Shown piece after piece: positions 10,820-19,569 of a stretch of 64,000 bases of DNA (within the stretch, counting starts at the first letter, position 1; the number at the start of each line of letters is the position of its first letter). Source of the DNA: an uncultured bacterium (lineage in GTDB: Bacteria; Patescibacteriota; JAHJAL01); contig CALKWM010000038.1 of assembly GCA_938004065.1 (NCBI GenBank), positions 2,466 through 66,465 of the forward strand, given 5' to 3'. The translations under genes were made by a program, and so were the position numbers. The notes below the pieces were generated by a model. It did no database searches and was not told the origin of the DNA. It worked only from the letters and a program-made list of their open reading frames with translations.

Positions 10820-11566
10820 ATGCCTCATAATAAACAAATTTTTATTATAATAGAATTAATGATGAAAAAAGTGCACAAAAAATACAAACGTAAATATCGA
10901 CAAAAGGGTAGCTGGTTAAACTATTTGGTCTGGTCGTTGATCGGACTGGCGCTGTTACCGGTTTTATTGGCTGTTTTGGTGGCAACGTTTATGCTCGTTA
11001 GGCAGATTCCTTTTTTATCAACCACGATTTGGTATATAGTGTTAGGATTGGTGCTTTACACTTTTTTTCATACTTTTGTATATCAACCGGTGGGATTGTA
11101 TGTAATGGCACATGAATTTACTCATGCGGCGTTTGCTTTGTTGTTTGGCTATAGAGTAAAGAAAATCAAAATCTCAACCGGTGGCGGATATGTGGAGATG
11201 TCGGAATCAAATTTTGTGATTGACTTGGCGCCATATTTTTTTCCACTTTATACCGTGATATTAACCGCCGCTTTCTACGGACTGGACAGGTTGTTTGATT
11301 GGAGTAATTTTTACTGGTTGTTTTTTATTTTCGTCGGAATATTTCTCTCTTTTCATTTTCTATCAAACTGGGACGTTCTAAAAATTGGACAGCCCGATCT
11401 AAATTCGACGGGGAAAATTTTCGCGGTAATTTTTGTGATAATTTCCAATTTGTTGGTGATAAATGTTTTGATGGTGATTTTTTTCATTGATTATATAAAT
11501 TTAAATACAATTTTTGATAATTTTTATCATGCCGGTAGATTTGTTTACGGCTTGTTAGAAAGTTGA
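10820..11566 (+). CDS. polytopic membrane protein with HExxH motif (putative membrane zinc metalloprotease-like)
   Basis: MAHEFTHAAF motif inside a multi-TM protein. Family uncertain. Confidence 0.4.
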   Translation: MPHNKQIFIIIELMMKKVHKKYKRKYRQKGSWLNYLVWSLIGLALLPVLLAVLVATFMLVRQIPFLSTTIWYIVLGLVLYTFFHTFVYQPVGLYVMAHEFTHAAFALLFGYRVKKIKISTGGGYVEMSESNFVIDLAPYFFPLYTVILTAAFYGLDRLFDWSNFYWLFFIFVGIFLSFHFLSNWDVLKIGQPDLNSTGKIFAVIFVIISNLLVINVLMVIFFIDYINLNTIFDNFYHAGRFVYGLLES

Positions 11567-11671
11567 AAAATAGAATGTTTTTTGGTAAGTTTAGCTTACA
11601 AATGTCCTTGTTAAAATGTATTTAAAATGAGGATTTTTGCATTTTAAAAAGAAGGAGGAGCAATATATAAA

Positions 11672-12145
11672 GTGGCAAATCTATTTGAGGGACGGGCTTT
11701 GAGTTACAAGAAATCTTGTAAAGCAAAAAGACCTGGAGAAAAACAGGTGGTAAATTTATTTATCACCGAATTCGGAAAGATGAAAAAACTGACCGCAGTG
11801 GATTTAAATTTGATAGAGTATTTGTACGGCACCTACGAAAAGCGTGGGGCAGAAATCTATCTGCGGGAAGTGGTGACTGCTGATTCGGTATCCAGGATAT
11901 CTATCGGGCGAATGTATTTGATCGTCGAGCTAGTCAAAAAATATGATTTAGCTGAGGTTTTTGAGTTATTGTTAGATAAATTAAAAACCTTTATCGCCCG
12001 CAAAATTTGCACTTATAGTAAAAAGATAAAAGGAATTTTTATGGTACTAAAGAAAACTGAACTTGATATCAAAAAATTTATTGATAATATCGAGTTTAGA
12101 TTTTCTGATCATTCGCAGTTGGCCTACAGGTTAGCTGCAATATAA
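11672..12145 (+). CDS. hypothetical protein
   Basis: 157-aa ORF with no recognisable motif. Confidence 0.3.
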   Translation: MANLFEGRALSYKKSCKAKRPGEKQVVNLFITEFGKMKKLTAVDLNLIEYLYGTYEKRGAEIYLREVVTADSVSRISIGRMYLIVELVKKYDLAEVFELLLDKLKTFIARKICTYSKKIKGIFMVLKKTELDIKKFIDNIEFRFSDHSQLAYRLAAI

Positions 12146-12165
12146 AAAAGAAGAAAGGAAAAAAC

Positions 12166-12369
12166 ATGAAAAAGGGGGACGAGTTTGAACGAAGATCTAA
12201 TTTATTAAAAGAAATTGAAAAGATAAAGCCGGAGTATGCTGAAAAGTTTCTTGATCCAGCCAATGAAAGTCCTTTACATTTATTTTGTAAATGTGAGGCA
12301 ATGGACAGATTGGAAAAACTGGCAGATCGCTATAATTATTGTTTGAAAAAAAGCGATTTGCCCAATTAA
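12166..12369 (+). CDS. hypothetical small protein
   Basis: 67-aa ORF followed by a strong terminator at 12404-12433. Confidence 0.3.
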   Translation: MKKGDEFERRSNLLKEIEKIKPEYAEKFLDPANESPLHLFCKCEAMDRLEKLADRYNYCLKKSDLPN

Positions 12370-12403
12370 AAATATATTTAAGAAGACAGTATCTAATAAA
12401 ATA

Positions 12404-12433
12404 CTGTCTTTTGCCTTTTATGATACAAGGTGG
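12404..12433 (+). terminator. rho-independent terminator (gacagtatctaataaaatactgtctttt)
   Basis: 8-bp perfect stem plus T-run downstream of the 12166-12369 ORF. Confidence 0.7.
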
Positions 12434-12439
12434 TATAAT
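12411..12439 (+). promoter_or_regulatory. sigma70-like promoter for thrS leader: TTGCCT -17 bp- TGgTATAAT (extended -10)
   Basis: Seen in sequence. -35 TTGCCT at 12411-12416, TG-extended -10 TATAAT at 12434-12439. Confidence 0.55.
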
Positions 12440-12446
12440 TTTTTTG

Positions 12447-12700
12447 ACGGAACAAGTAGTTTGAAATAAGTATTTAACAGGGAATGAAAGCCCACGAGAC
12501 TGGAAGCTTTCTAGATACATTTCAAATGAAACCAACCATGATTAAAGTTTCAAGTATCAAAACCCGATAAACAAGTAAGTATCGATACTTTGTACAACAA
12601 TATGTAAGTGATAAGTGCCCTGTTACAAGGGAATTTGAGTGGAACCGCGGGATTTATCTCGTCTCAAAATGAATTTTTTGGGATGTTTTTTTAAAATCTA
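12447..12700 (+). promoter_or_regulatory. candidate T-box riboswitch leader upstream of thrS
   Basis: AATTTGAGTGGAACCGCGGGA at 12633-12653 matches the T-box consensus AAUUAGGGUGGNACCGCGG. Long (~400 nt) leader between promoter and thrS start. thrS is a classic T-box-regulated gene. Confidence 0.45.
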
Positions 12701-12851
12701 AAATATTAAATATAAAAAATCAAAAATTTCTTAAGTAGCTATTTTTTATAAACTATAATATACAGATTAAATGGTTATGTTTGGAAATAATAATTGAAAA
12801 ATGCATGTTTTTTAATTTTCTAATTGGAAAATATTATTTAGGAGAAATATT

Positions 12852-14624
12852 ATGAGTAAACTAACAAAAGAACAAAAAGAAGAGCAACTCCACGCCATGC
12901 GGCATTCGCTGGCGCACATCATGGCGGAGGCGGTGCAAGAGATGTTTCCGGAGGTCCAATTCGGGATTGGCCCGGTGATTGACAATGGATTTTATTATGA
13001 TTTCGATCTGCCCAGAACACTCGTGCCGGAAGATTTGCCGTTAATTGAAAAAAAGATGGCGGAGATTGTCAAACAGAAAAACCGATTTGAACGACAGGAA
13101 GTGAGCAAAAAAGAAGCATTGCAATTCTTTCAAAAAGCCAAAGAGCCGTACAAACTGGAACTGATTGCGGAATTGGAAGACGGGGAAATCACTTTGTTTA
13201 GAAGCGGTAAATTTGTCGATCTCTGCAAAGGTCCCCATGTGGAAAATACCGGACAAGTCGGTGCATTTAAACTGACTCATATCGCCGGGGCATACTGGCG
13301 AGGGGACGAGAAAAACAAGATGTTGCAGAGAATTTATGGTGTAGCTTTTGCGGATAAAAAAGAATTGAAGAAATACTTGAATATGGTGGAGGAGGCGAAG
13401 AAGCGAGATCATCGAAAATTGGGCAAGGAATTGGATTTGTTTTGTTTTTCTGATTTAGTCGGTCCGGGACTGCCACTTTATACACCCAGGGGAACGATTA
13501 TGAAAGATGAGCTGCAAAAGCATATTGAAAATATATGTAGAAAATATGGTTTTCAAAAAGTCTCCGCACCAGCTTTTGCCAAAGAAGAACTTTTTCAGAT
13601 ATCGGGACATGCTCAAAAATTTGCCGACGAACTTTTTCATGTTAGTTCAAAGAAAAAACATGATTTTGTTTTAAAACCGGTACAATGTCCACATCATACT
13701 CAGATATATGCCTCCAAAATCCGTTCATATAAAGATTTGCCGATTCGCTACATGGAATCTGACAAACAATATCGTGCTGAAAAAACCGGTGAAGTGGGGG
13801 GATTGTCAAGAGTGTATGCTATTACTATTGAAGACGGGCATTCTTTCTGCCAGGTTGAACAGGTCAAAGATGAAGTAGTAGGCATGGTAAACATTATTAA
13901 GGAATTTTACACTTCACTGGGGTTATGGAGGACTTTGAAAGTTTATTTATCGGTTAGAGATTATGAACATCCGGAAAAATACATTGGCACACCGGAAGAT
14001 TGGGATACTTGTGAGTCAATGTTGGCTGATGTTTGCGAAGAACTAAACTTGCAGGCGGAGCGTCAAGAAGGGGAAGCGGCGTTGTATGGGCCGAAAATTG
14101 ATTTTATGTTCAGAGATGCCCTGGGAAAAGAAATCCAAATACCTACAGTTCAATTGGATTTTGCCACTCCCAAAAGATTTAATTTGAAATATATCAATTC
14201 CGAGGGCAATGAAGTGCCACCGGTAATGGTGCACCGGGCAGTTTTGGGCTCCTACGAAAGATTTCTCGTTATGTTAATCGAGCATTTTGCCGGAATATTT
14301 CCGTTGTGGCTGGCGCCGGAGCAAGTGAGGGTGATACCGGTTTCAGCGGAAAAACATTTGGAATACGCAAAATCAATTGCCGAGGAACTTAGAAAAAATA
14401 ATTTCCGAGTGGAGTTGGATGATAGCGCCGAGTCGGTGGGTAAAAAAATCCGCAATGCCGATTTGATGAAAGTAAATTACATGATTATCGTTGGTGACAA
14501 AGATGTCGAAGCTGATACAGTTTCTGTTAGACCCTTGCGTGGCGAAGACATGGGAGCAATGAAATTGCAGAAATTCATTGAAATCATCGCAAAAGAACGT
14601 GATGAGAAGATTATCAAGAATTAA
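12852..14624 (+). CDS. thrS: threonyl-tRNA synthetase (lacks N-terminal TGS domain)
   Basis: HSLAHIMAEAV editing-domain motif, class II catalytic core, C-terminal anticodon-binding domain. 590 aa. Confidence 0.95.
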   Translation: MSKLTKEQKEEQLHAMRHSLAHIMAEAVQEMFPEVQFGIGPVIDNGFYYDFDLPRTLVPEDLPLIEKKMAEIVKQKNRFERQEVSKKEALQFFQKAKEPYKLELIAELEDGEITLFRSGKFVDLCKGPHVENTGQVGAFKLTHIAGAYWRGDEKNKMLQRIYGVAFADKKELKKYLNMVEEAKKRDHRKLGKELDLFCFSDLVGPGLPLYTPRGTIMKDELQKHIENICRKYGFQKVSAPAFAKEELFQISGHAQKFADELFHVSSKKKHDFVLKPVQCPHHTQIYASKIRSYKDLPIRYMESDKQYRAEKTGEVGGLSRVYAITIEDGHSFCQVEQVKDEVVGMVNIIKEFYTSLGLWRTLKVYLSVRDYEHPEKYIGTPEDWDTCESMLADVCEELNLQAERQEGEAALYGPKIDFMFRDALGKEIQIPTVQLDFATPKRFNLKYINSEGNEVPPVMVHRAVLGSYERFLVMLIEHFAGIFPLWLAPEQVRVIPVSAEKHLEYAKSIAEELRKNNFRVELDDSAESVGKKIRNADLMKVNYMIIVGDKDVEADTVSVRPLRGEDMGAMKLQKFIEIIAKERDEKIIKN

Positions 14625-14705
14625 AATAAGGGATATATTGTTATATGGCAATATTGTGAGTAATAAAATAGTTGCAAATTTGGCTGGAGAATTATTGAAT
14701 TAATG

Positions 14706-14823
14706 AGTTGTGCTAATTAATTTTCTTATCTGTCATCCTCGAATCGAAAGTCCGCCGAATCGGCGGGCGCTTCGATATCGGGGATCCATACCATATTTCT
14801 TATTTTTATTTAGCACTACTCAT
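14706..14823. mobile_element. MITE copy with both TIRs (GAGTTGTGCTAATTAATTTTCTTATC ... TTTCTTATTTTTATTTAGCACTACTCAT) around core TGTCATCCTCGA...GGGGATCCATACCAT
   Basis: Reverse-complement homologue of the 6057-6180 element. Confidence 0.7.
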
Positions 14824-14972
14824 AAATCGTTTTTTGTTGTATTGTTGCCAGAAAGATAGCTGGACAAAGATGCTTGGTTTGTGTTAAAATTTGGTTGGAG
14901 ATGGAGAAAAGACATTAAAAACCTCTGGTGTTTGAGACCGGGGGTTTTTGTCTAAGTTGAAACTTAACAATT

Positions 14973-15341
14973 TTGTTAACAATACAAAATAGAATGGTGG
15001 TGAAAATGATGAGTACGCAAAAAAGAGATATGCTGGATATTTTAATAAACAAGATCGAATTTGCGGTGGAACGTAAGTATTGTCAGATCACTACTAATCG
15101 GGAAATAGAAAACAGTGGCGAGCAGGCGGAATTGATTGATAGAGCATCTTTTGCCGGAAACGCAGTGGCGTCACTACTGAATTCAAAAGATGTATTTATC
15201 GAATACATCAATAAAAGGAATTCGTCTTTAACTGACCATGTAAAATCAATTTTCGACTATCTTTCAAAAGAAAATTCTTCCGAGAAGGATTTCAAAAGAG
15301 CAAGGTCGAATGTTCAAAACATCAAAAAAGTAATTTTTTAG
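14973..15341 (+). CDS. hypothetical protein
   Basis: 122-aa ORF with no motif. Confidence 0.3.
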   Translation: MLTIQNRMVVKMMSTQKRDMLDILINKIEFAVERKYCQITTNREIENSGEQAELIDRASFAGNAVASLLNSKDVFIEYINKRNSSLTDHVKSIFDYLSKENSSEKDFKRARSNVQNIKKVIF

Positions 15342-15443
15342 AAAGGAGTGATAATATTCGCTCTTTCTACTCAGGTTTTAATGAAAAAAAATCAATATAT
15401 TCTTATAAAAATCTCCTAAAGAAGGGAGATTTTTTATTGGGTT

Positions 15444-17393
15444 TTGTTTATAATAAGGGTTATGAATAAAAATAAAGCAAAAACTTTTTGCATCATCACT
15501 TTCGGGTGTGCCATGAATTATAGCGACTCGGACCGAATCGAGGCAGTATTGAAGGAAAACGGTTTGGTTCCGACCAAAAAAGATATTGAGGCCGATTTAG
15601 TGATTATCAATAGTTGCAGTGTCCGGCAAATGGCGGAGGATAGAACATATGGCAAAATCAGTAAATTGGCCAAGTTGAAAAAAAGACCCAAAATAATAGC
15701 CACCGGTTGCTTGGTGTCGGACAAGATTTGGAAAAAATTGTTGGACAAAAACAAATTTGATTTGTGTTTGCCGATTGACCGGATGATTGAACTGCCGAAA
15801 TATCTGGCGGAATGGGGACTGAATTGTCATCCCGAACACGAAAGCGAGTCATCGAGCGTTTCGAGCGATTCGGGATCCCAGAAGAAAATTACCAATTACC
15901 AATTACCAATTACCAATAAAATTCCAAATTCCAAATTCCAAATTCCAAACGAAACATATCTGTCGTCCTCGAGTCGAATGAGTGAAGCGAATATCGACAT
16001 CGGGGATCCAGAAAATAAATCTAAAGTATCAAGTAATAAGTATCAAGGATCAAGTTTGGTGTCCCTCGAACCCGAAGGGTCCACATTGGGACAACTCGGG
16101 ACGATAAATAATGAGATCCTGAATGGCTCGAATAGCCCTGCGGGCTTTCGGGTTCAGGATGACACCAAAAAATACAAGCATTATCTCGACATTGTGCCGA
16201 AGGGGAAACAGACTTTTACGGCGTATATCCCAATCATGACCGGGTGCAATAATTTTTGTTCATATTGTGCGGTGCCATACACTAGAGGCCGCGAAGTTTC
16301 GCGGCCGATGGCGGATGTAATCAACGAAGCCAAGATATTGGCGGAAAATGGGTGTATCGACTTAACTTTGTTGGGGCAGAATGTGAACTCATATAAGTGT
16401 CATCCTGAACTCGGAAGCGAGTCATCGAGCGCTTCGAGCGATTCAGGATCCCAGAAGAAAATTACCAATTACCAATTACCAATTACCAATAAAATTCCAA
16501 ATTCCAAATTCCAAATTCCAAACGAAACATATTTGTCATCCTCGAGTCGAATGAGTGAAGCGGATATCGACAACGGGGATCCAGAAAATAAATATCAAAT
16601 CTCGAATAAATCGCATGGATCCCCGATCCTGCATCCGGGCATTCGCCGGACAGGTTCGCTGGACAAGTTAGCGAAGCGCCCGCCTAAACTAGGAGGGGGA
16701 AGTGAATTAAATAACTCTTTTGTGGAATTATTGCGAAGAGTATCGGATATTAAAGAATTAAAAAGAATATTTTTTATTTCCTCGCATCCGAAAGATATGT
16801 CGGAGGAGTTGATTAGTTTGGTGGCTAGTCGTGATAATTTGTGTAATTACATCCATTTGCCGGTACAGGCGGGAGATAATGAAATTTTAAAAAAGATGAA
16901 CCGGCATTACACACGTGAGCAATATCTTGATCTGGTGGCAATGATTAGAAATACTATTCCCAATGTTAGTTTGACGACAGATCTGATCGTTGGCTTTCCG
17001 GGCGAAAGCGAAAAACAATTTGAGCAATCAGTTGATTTATTCCGACGATGTAAATTTGATATGGCTTTTATCGCCGAGTATTCACCGCGACCCAAAACAG
17101 CCGCTGCTAATTTGAAAGATAATGTCCCCAAAGCGGAAAAACATAGACGAAAGAAGTTTTTAAATGACGAGGTGTTAGCAGTATCTGCACTTGAAAATAA
17201 CAAAAAACTGGAAGGCAAAATTATACCGGTTTTAATATCTCGAGCGAATAAAAATGGATTGATTGGGTTGACTGAAGGGTTAAAACAAGTGCATATCAAA
17301 GGGGATAAAAAAATGATCGGGCAGATTTTGCCGATCAAGATTGTTAAAGCAATGAAGTGGGCGCTGGAGGGAAGAGTTATCAATCATCGATAA
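15444..17393 (+). CDS. miaB: tRNA-i6A37 methylthiotransferase MiaB carrying two in-frame blocks of palindromic repeat-element insertions
   Basis: MTTase N-domain (FCIITFGCAMNYSDS), radical-SAM CNNFCSYCAV and a C-terminal TRAM-like region. 649 aa against ~440-450 expected. Extra ~200 aa map to 15825-16165 and 16398-16700 and consist of copies of the hairpin repeats found intergenically. Confidence 0.85.
   Translation: MFIIRVMNKNKAKTFCIITFGCAMNYSDSDRIEAVLKENGLVPTKKDIEADLVIINSCSVRQMAEDRTYGKISKLAKLKKRPKIIATGCLVSDKIWKKLLDKNKFDLCLPIDRMIELPKYLAEWGLNCHPEHESESSSVSSDSGSQKKITNYQLPITNKIPNSKFQIPNETYLSSSSRMSEANIDIGDPENKSKVSSNKYQGSSLVSLEPEGSTLGQLGTINNEILNGSNSPAGFRVQDDTKKYKHYLDIVPKGKQTFTAYIPIMTGCNNFCSYCAVPYTRGREVSRPMADVINEAKILAENGCIDLTLLGQNVNSYKCHPELGSESSSASSDSGSQKKITNYQLPITNKIPNSKFQIPNETYLSSSSRMSEADIDNGDPENKYQISNKSHGSPILHPGIRRTGSLDKLAKRPPKLGGGSELNNSFVELLRRVSDIKELKRIFFISSHPKDMSEELISLVASRDNLCNYIHLPVQAGDNEILKKMNRHYTREQYLDLVAMIRNTIPNVSLTTDLIVGFPGESEKQFEQSVDLFRRCKFDMAFIAEYSPRPKTAAANLKDNVPKAEKHRRKKFLNDEVLAVSALENNKKLEGKIIPVLISRANKNGLIGLTEGLKQVHIKGDKKMIGQILPIKIVKAMKWALEGRVINHR
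15825..16165. repeat. insertion block 1 in miaB: hairpin element TGTCATCCCGAAC..GATTCGGGATCC, heptamer repeats (ATTACCA)x3-(ATTCCAA)x4, element TGTCGTCCTCGAG..GGGGATCCA, element GTGTCCCTCGAACC..CTCGGGACGA, element GAGATCCTGAAT..GGGTTCAGGATGACA
   Basis: Seen in sequence. Same families occur in intergenic DNA (e.g. 21529, 24647, 19336). Confidence 0.8.
16398..16700. repeat. insertion block 2 in miaB: near-duplicate of block 1 (TGTCATCCTGAAC..GATTCAGGATCC, heptamers, TGTCATCCTCGAG..GGGGATCCA, GGATCCCCGATCC..GCGAAGCGCCCGCC)
   Basis: Encodes CHPELGSESSSASSDSGSQKKITNYQLPITNKIPNSKFQIPNETYLSSSSRMSEADIDNGDPENK, almost identical to the block-1 peptide. Confidence 0.8.
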
Positions 17394-17801
17394 TTATTTT
17401 TTTGAATTTGTTTATTAAAAAAATTAATGAACTGGATATTATAAAATAAAATAGAATTTCGATAGTTTTTATCAGATATAATCCAAAAATATTATTGGAG
17501 TGCGTAATTCCAAGGTAAAATTTGTAAACGATCGAGCAAAGTAATAAAACTATCAGAATAATCAGGTGATCATATTTGAGTATGTTTCCTATGGAAAGAA
17601 TTATTCCAAGCAATATGACGGTTATTATCAGCATCATATTTTTTTCACTCCTTTGAAAAAAAATTAATTTTTAAAAAACATAGGTTTCTTTATTGAAAGT
17701 GTATTGTTTGTAGGTATTAATGTCAAATATTTGCCTAGATTTTTTTAATAAATAAATAGCAAATAATGATTGTTTCTGCTATAATCAAACCATAAAAAAA
17801 T

Positions 17802-17993
17802 ATGAAAAAGGAGTTATTTAGCATGAACAACGAAAACGGGGACAATACGAAGGGGAAAAAAAGGGCAGAAAAAAGTTTCCGGGAAAAACATCGAATGAAG
17901 GTAACTGGTAAGAGTGCCCTGCTTTGGGAAAAGTTAAAGAATGAAAGGGCGGAAAAGTTGAAAAAAATTCAGAAAGAAAGGAAGAGGAAATAA
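17802..17993 (+). CDS. small lysine-rich hypothetical protein
   Basis: 63-aa highly basic ORF. May be spurious. Confidence 0.2.
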   Translation: MKKELFSMNNENGDNTKGKKRAEKSFREKHRMKVTGKSALLWEKLKNERAEKLKKIQKERKRK

Positions 17994-18002
17994 TGGCTGA
18001 GA

Positions 18003-18062
18003 AAATACACAACCACCCCATCCGCCCAGGGCGGATTGCCCCTCCTTCAAAAGGAGGGGAGT
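18003..18062. repeat. GC-rich palindromic repeat CACCCC..CCGCCCAGGGCGGA..CCCCTCCTTCAAAAGGAGGGG
   Basis: Homologous to the first element of the in-frame insertion in trmD (27117-27175). Confidence 0.6.
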
Positions 18063-18114
18063 TTAATAATCTCTGCAAAAAAACTGTTTAAGAAATATTG
18101 CGAACTAGAACTAT

Positions 18115-19296
18115 ATGACAAGAAATAATTCTAAAAAAGTGAAGTTGGTGTGTATCGGGGGGCCGACAGCTTCGGGGAAAACCGAAGCATCTTTAGTATT
18201 GGCGGAAAAATTTGATGGAGCGATAATTTCCTGTGATTCGAGGCAGATTTACAAAGAGCTGGATGTTTCGACTGATAAAATACCATACTCTCTCCCCTAT
18301 CATGACCCGATTTTATATCGTGGTATAGAACATTATGGAATAAATGTCGCTGAGATTGATAAGCCATTCACATTGTTTGATTGGATGACATATTGCCGAG
18401 GAGCGATTGCCAAAATCGTAAATTCAGGGAAAATTCCATTTCTAGTGGGCGGGACCGGATTATACATTCAGTCAATTATTGAAAATTATAAATTGAAACA
18501 GGATTTTGATGCTGAGTTGAGAGAAGAATTGAATAAAATGTCATTGAAACAATTGCAGACGAGATTGAAAGAATTAAATCCTGATTTGTATGAAAAGATT
18601 GATGTTAATAATCCGCGGAGGGTGGTGAGAGGGATAGAAAGAGCCATTCTGTCATCCTCGAGTCGGAAGCCCGAAGGGCGATCAGACATCGGGGATCCAG
18701 AAAATAAATCTCAAATATCAAATATCAAATATCAAGCAAAAAAAACACATGGATCCCCGATAGCGAAGCGCCCGCCGAGTCGGTGGACTTTCGATTCGAG
18801 GATGACAAAAGAGAGTATCGTAAATCATTCTAAATCCCTGCACGAAGCGGATGGTAATGATGAAAACAATGAGATCCTGAATCGCTCGGAAACTCATCCG
18901 ATAAAAAATCGGATTCGTATCCGGGTTCAGGATGACAAAATAAAAAAATTTGACAGTCTGGTATTGTCATTTAATCCAGAGCGAGAGTTGATTAGACAAC
19001 GGATCGAGAATCGTGTCAAAAAACACCAAGAAATCGGAGTAATTGATGAGGTGAAAAGATTGGTAGAAAAATATGGGGCTGACAATCAGATCTTGAATTC
19101 TACTATTAGTGTGCAGGAATACATTCCATATGTTTTGGGAAAAATTTCATTGGAAAAAGCGCAAGAAAGGGTTGTTATAAATAATTATCAGTATGCCAAA
19201 AGGCAGATGACCTGGTTTAAGAAGTATGGAAATACGGTATTTGTCGATAGTGTAAAGGAGATGGAGAGAGAGATTGTTAAATGGATAAATGGATAA
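18115..19296 (+). CDS. miaA: tRNA dimethylallyltransferase MiaA with an in-frame ~96-aa insertion made of three hairpin repeat elements
   Basis: P-loop GGPTASGKTE, DSRQIYKELD, LVGGTGLY motifs. 393 aa against ~300 expected. Insertion 18650-18937. Confidence 0.85.
   Translation: MTRNNSKKVKLVCIGGPTASGKTEASLVLAEKFDGAIISCDSRQIYKELDVSTDKIPYSLPYHDPILYRGIEHYGINVAEIDKPFTLFDWMTYCRGAIAKIVNSGKIPFLVGGTGLYIQSIIENYKLKQDFDAELREELNKMSLKQLQTRLKELNPDLYEKIDVNNPRRVVRGIERAILSSSSRKPEGRSDIGDPENKSQISNIKYQAKKTHGSPIAKRPPSRWTFDSRMTKESIVNHSKSLHEADGNDENNEILNRSETHPIKNRIRIRVQDDKIKKFDSLVLSFNPERELIRQRIENRVKKHQEIGVIDEVKRLVEKYGADNQILNSTISVQEYIPYVLGKISLEKAQERVVINNYQYAKRQMTWFKKYGNTVFVDSVKEMEREIVKWING
18650..18937. repeat. insertion block in miaA: TGTCATCCTCGAG..GGGGATCCA; ATATCAA heptamer x3; GGATCCCCGA..GAGGATGACA; GAGATCCTGAAT..GGGTTCAGGATGACA
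   Basis: Seen in sequence. Translated in the same frame (LSSSSR...DIGDPENK) as the copies in miaB. Confidence 0.8.
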
Positions 19297-19569
19297 AAAA
19301 TTAACATATCAAACTTAGCAATTAACAAACTTAAGAAGTTTCAAGACTCAAGTATCAAGGATCAAGTATTGGTGTCCCTCGACAAGCTCGGGACGATATT
19401 TATTCAAAGCTATAAAAAGGAAAACAATCTCAAGGTTTTTACGGAAGTTTTAATGTTTGGATGGTAAAATGGGATAAGTTATAAGTAAAAAGTAATAAGT
19501 AAAAAATTAGCACAAATATAAGTTTTGGAAAGTTTGTAATTGTTTGAAAAGTTTGATTAAGTTTGTCCC

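Noticed and set aside
12404-12433. Hairpin as part of the thrS T-box Stem I
   Set aside because: It lies upstream of the promoter -35/-10 and has the hairpin plus T-run form of an intrinsic terminator for the preceding gene.
15825-16700. Inteins or group I/II introns as the explanation for extra sequence inside miaB, miaA and trmD
   Set aside because: The units are 50-60 nt hairpins identical to intergenic repeats. They are far too short and lack intein splice motifs (N-terminal Cys/Ser, C-terminal HN+Cys/Ser/Thr) or intron catalytic domains. A novel RNA-level removal mechanism cannot be excluded from sequence alone.
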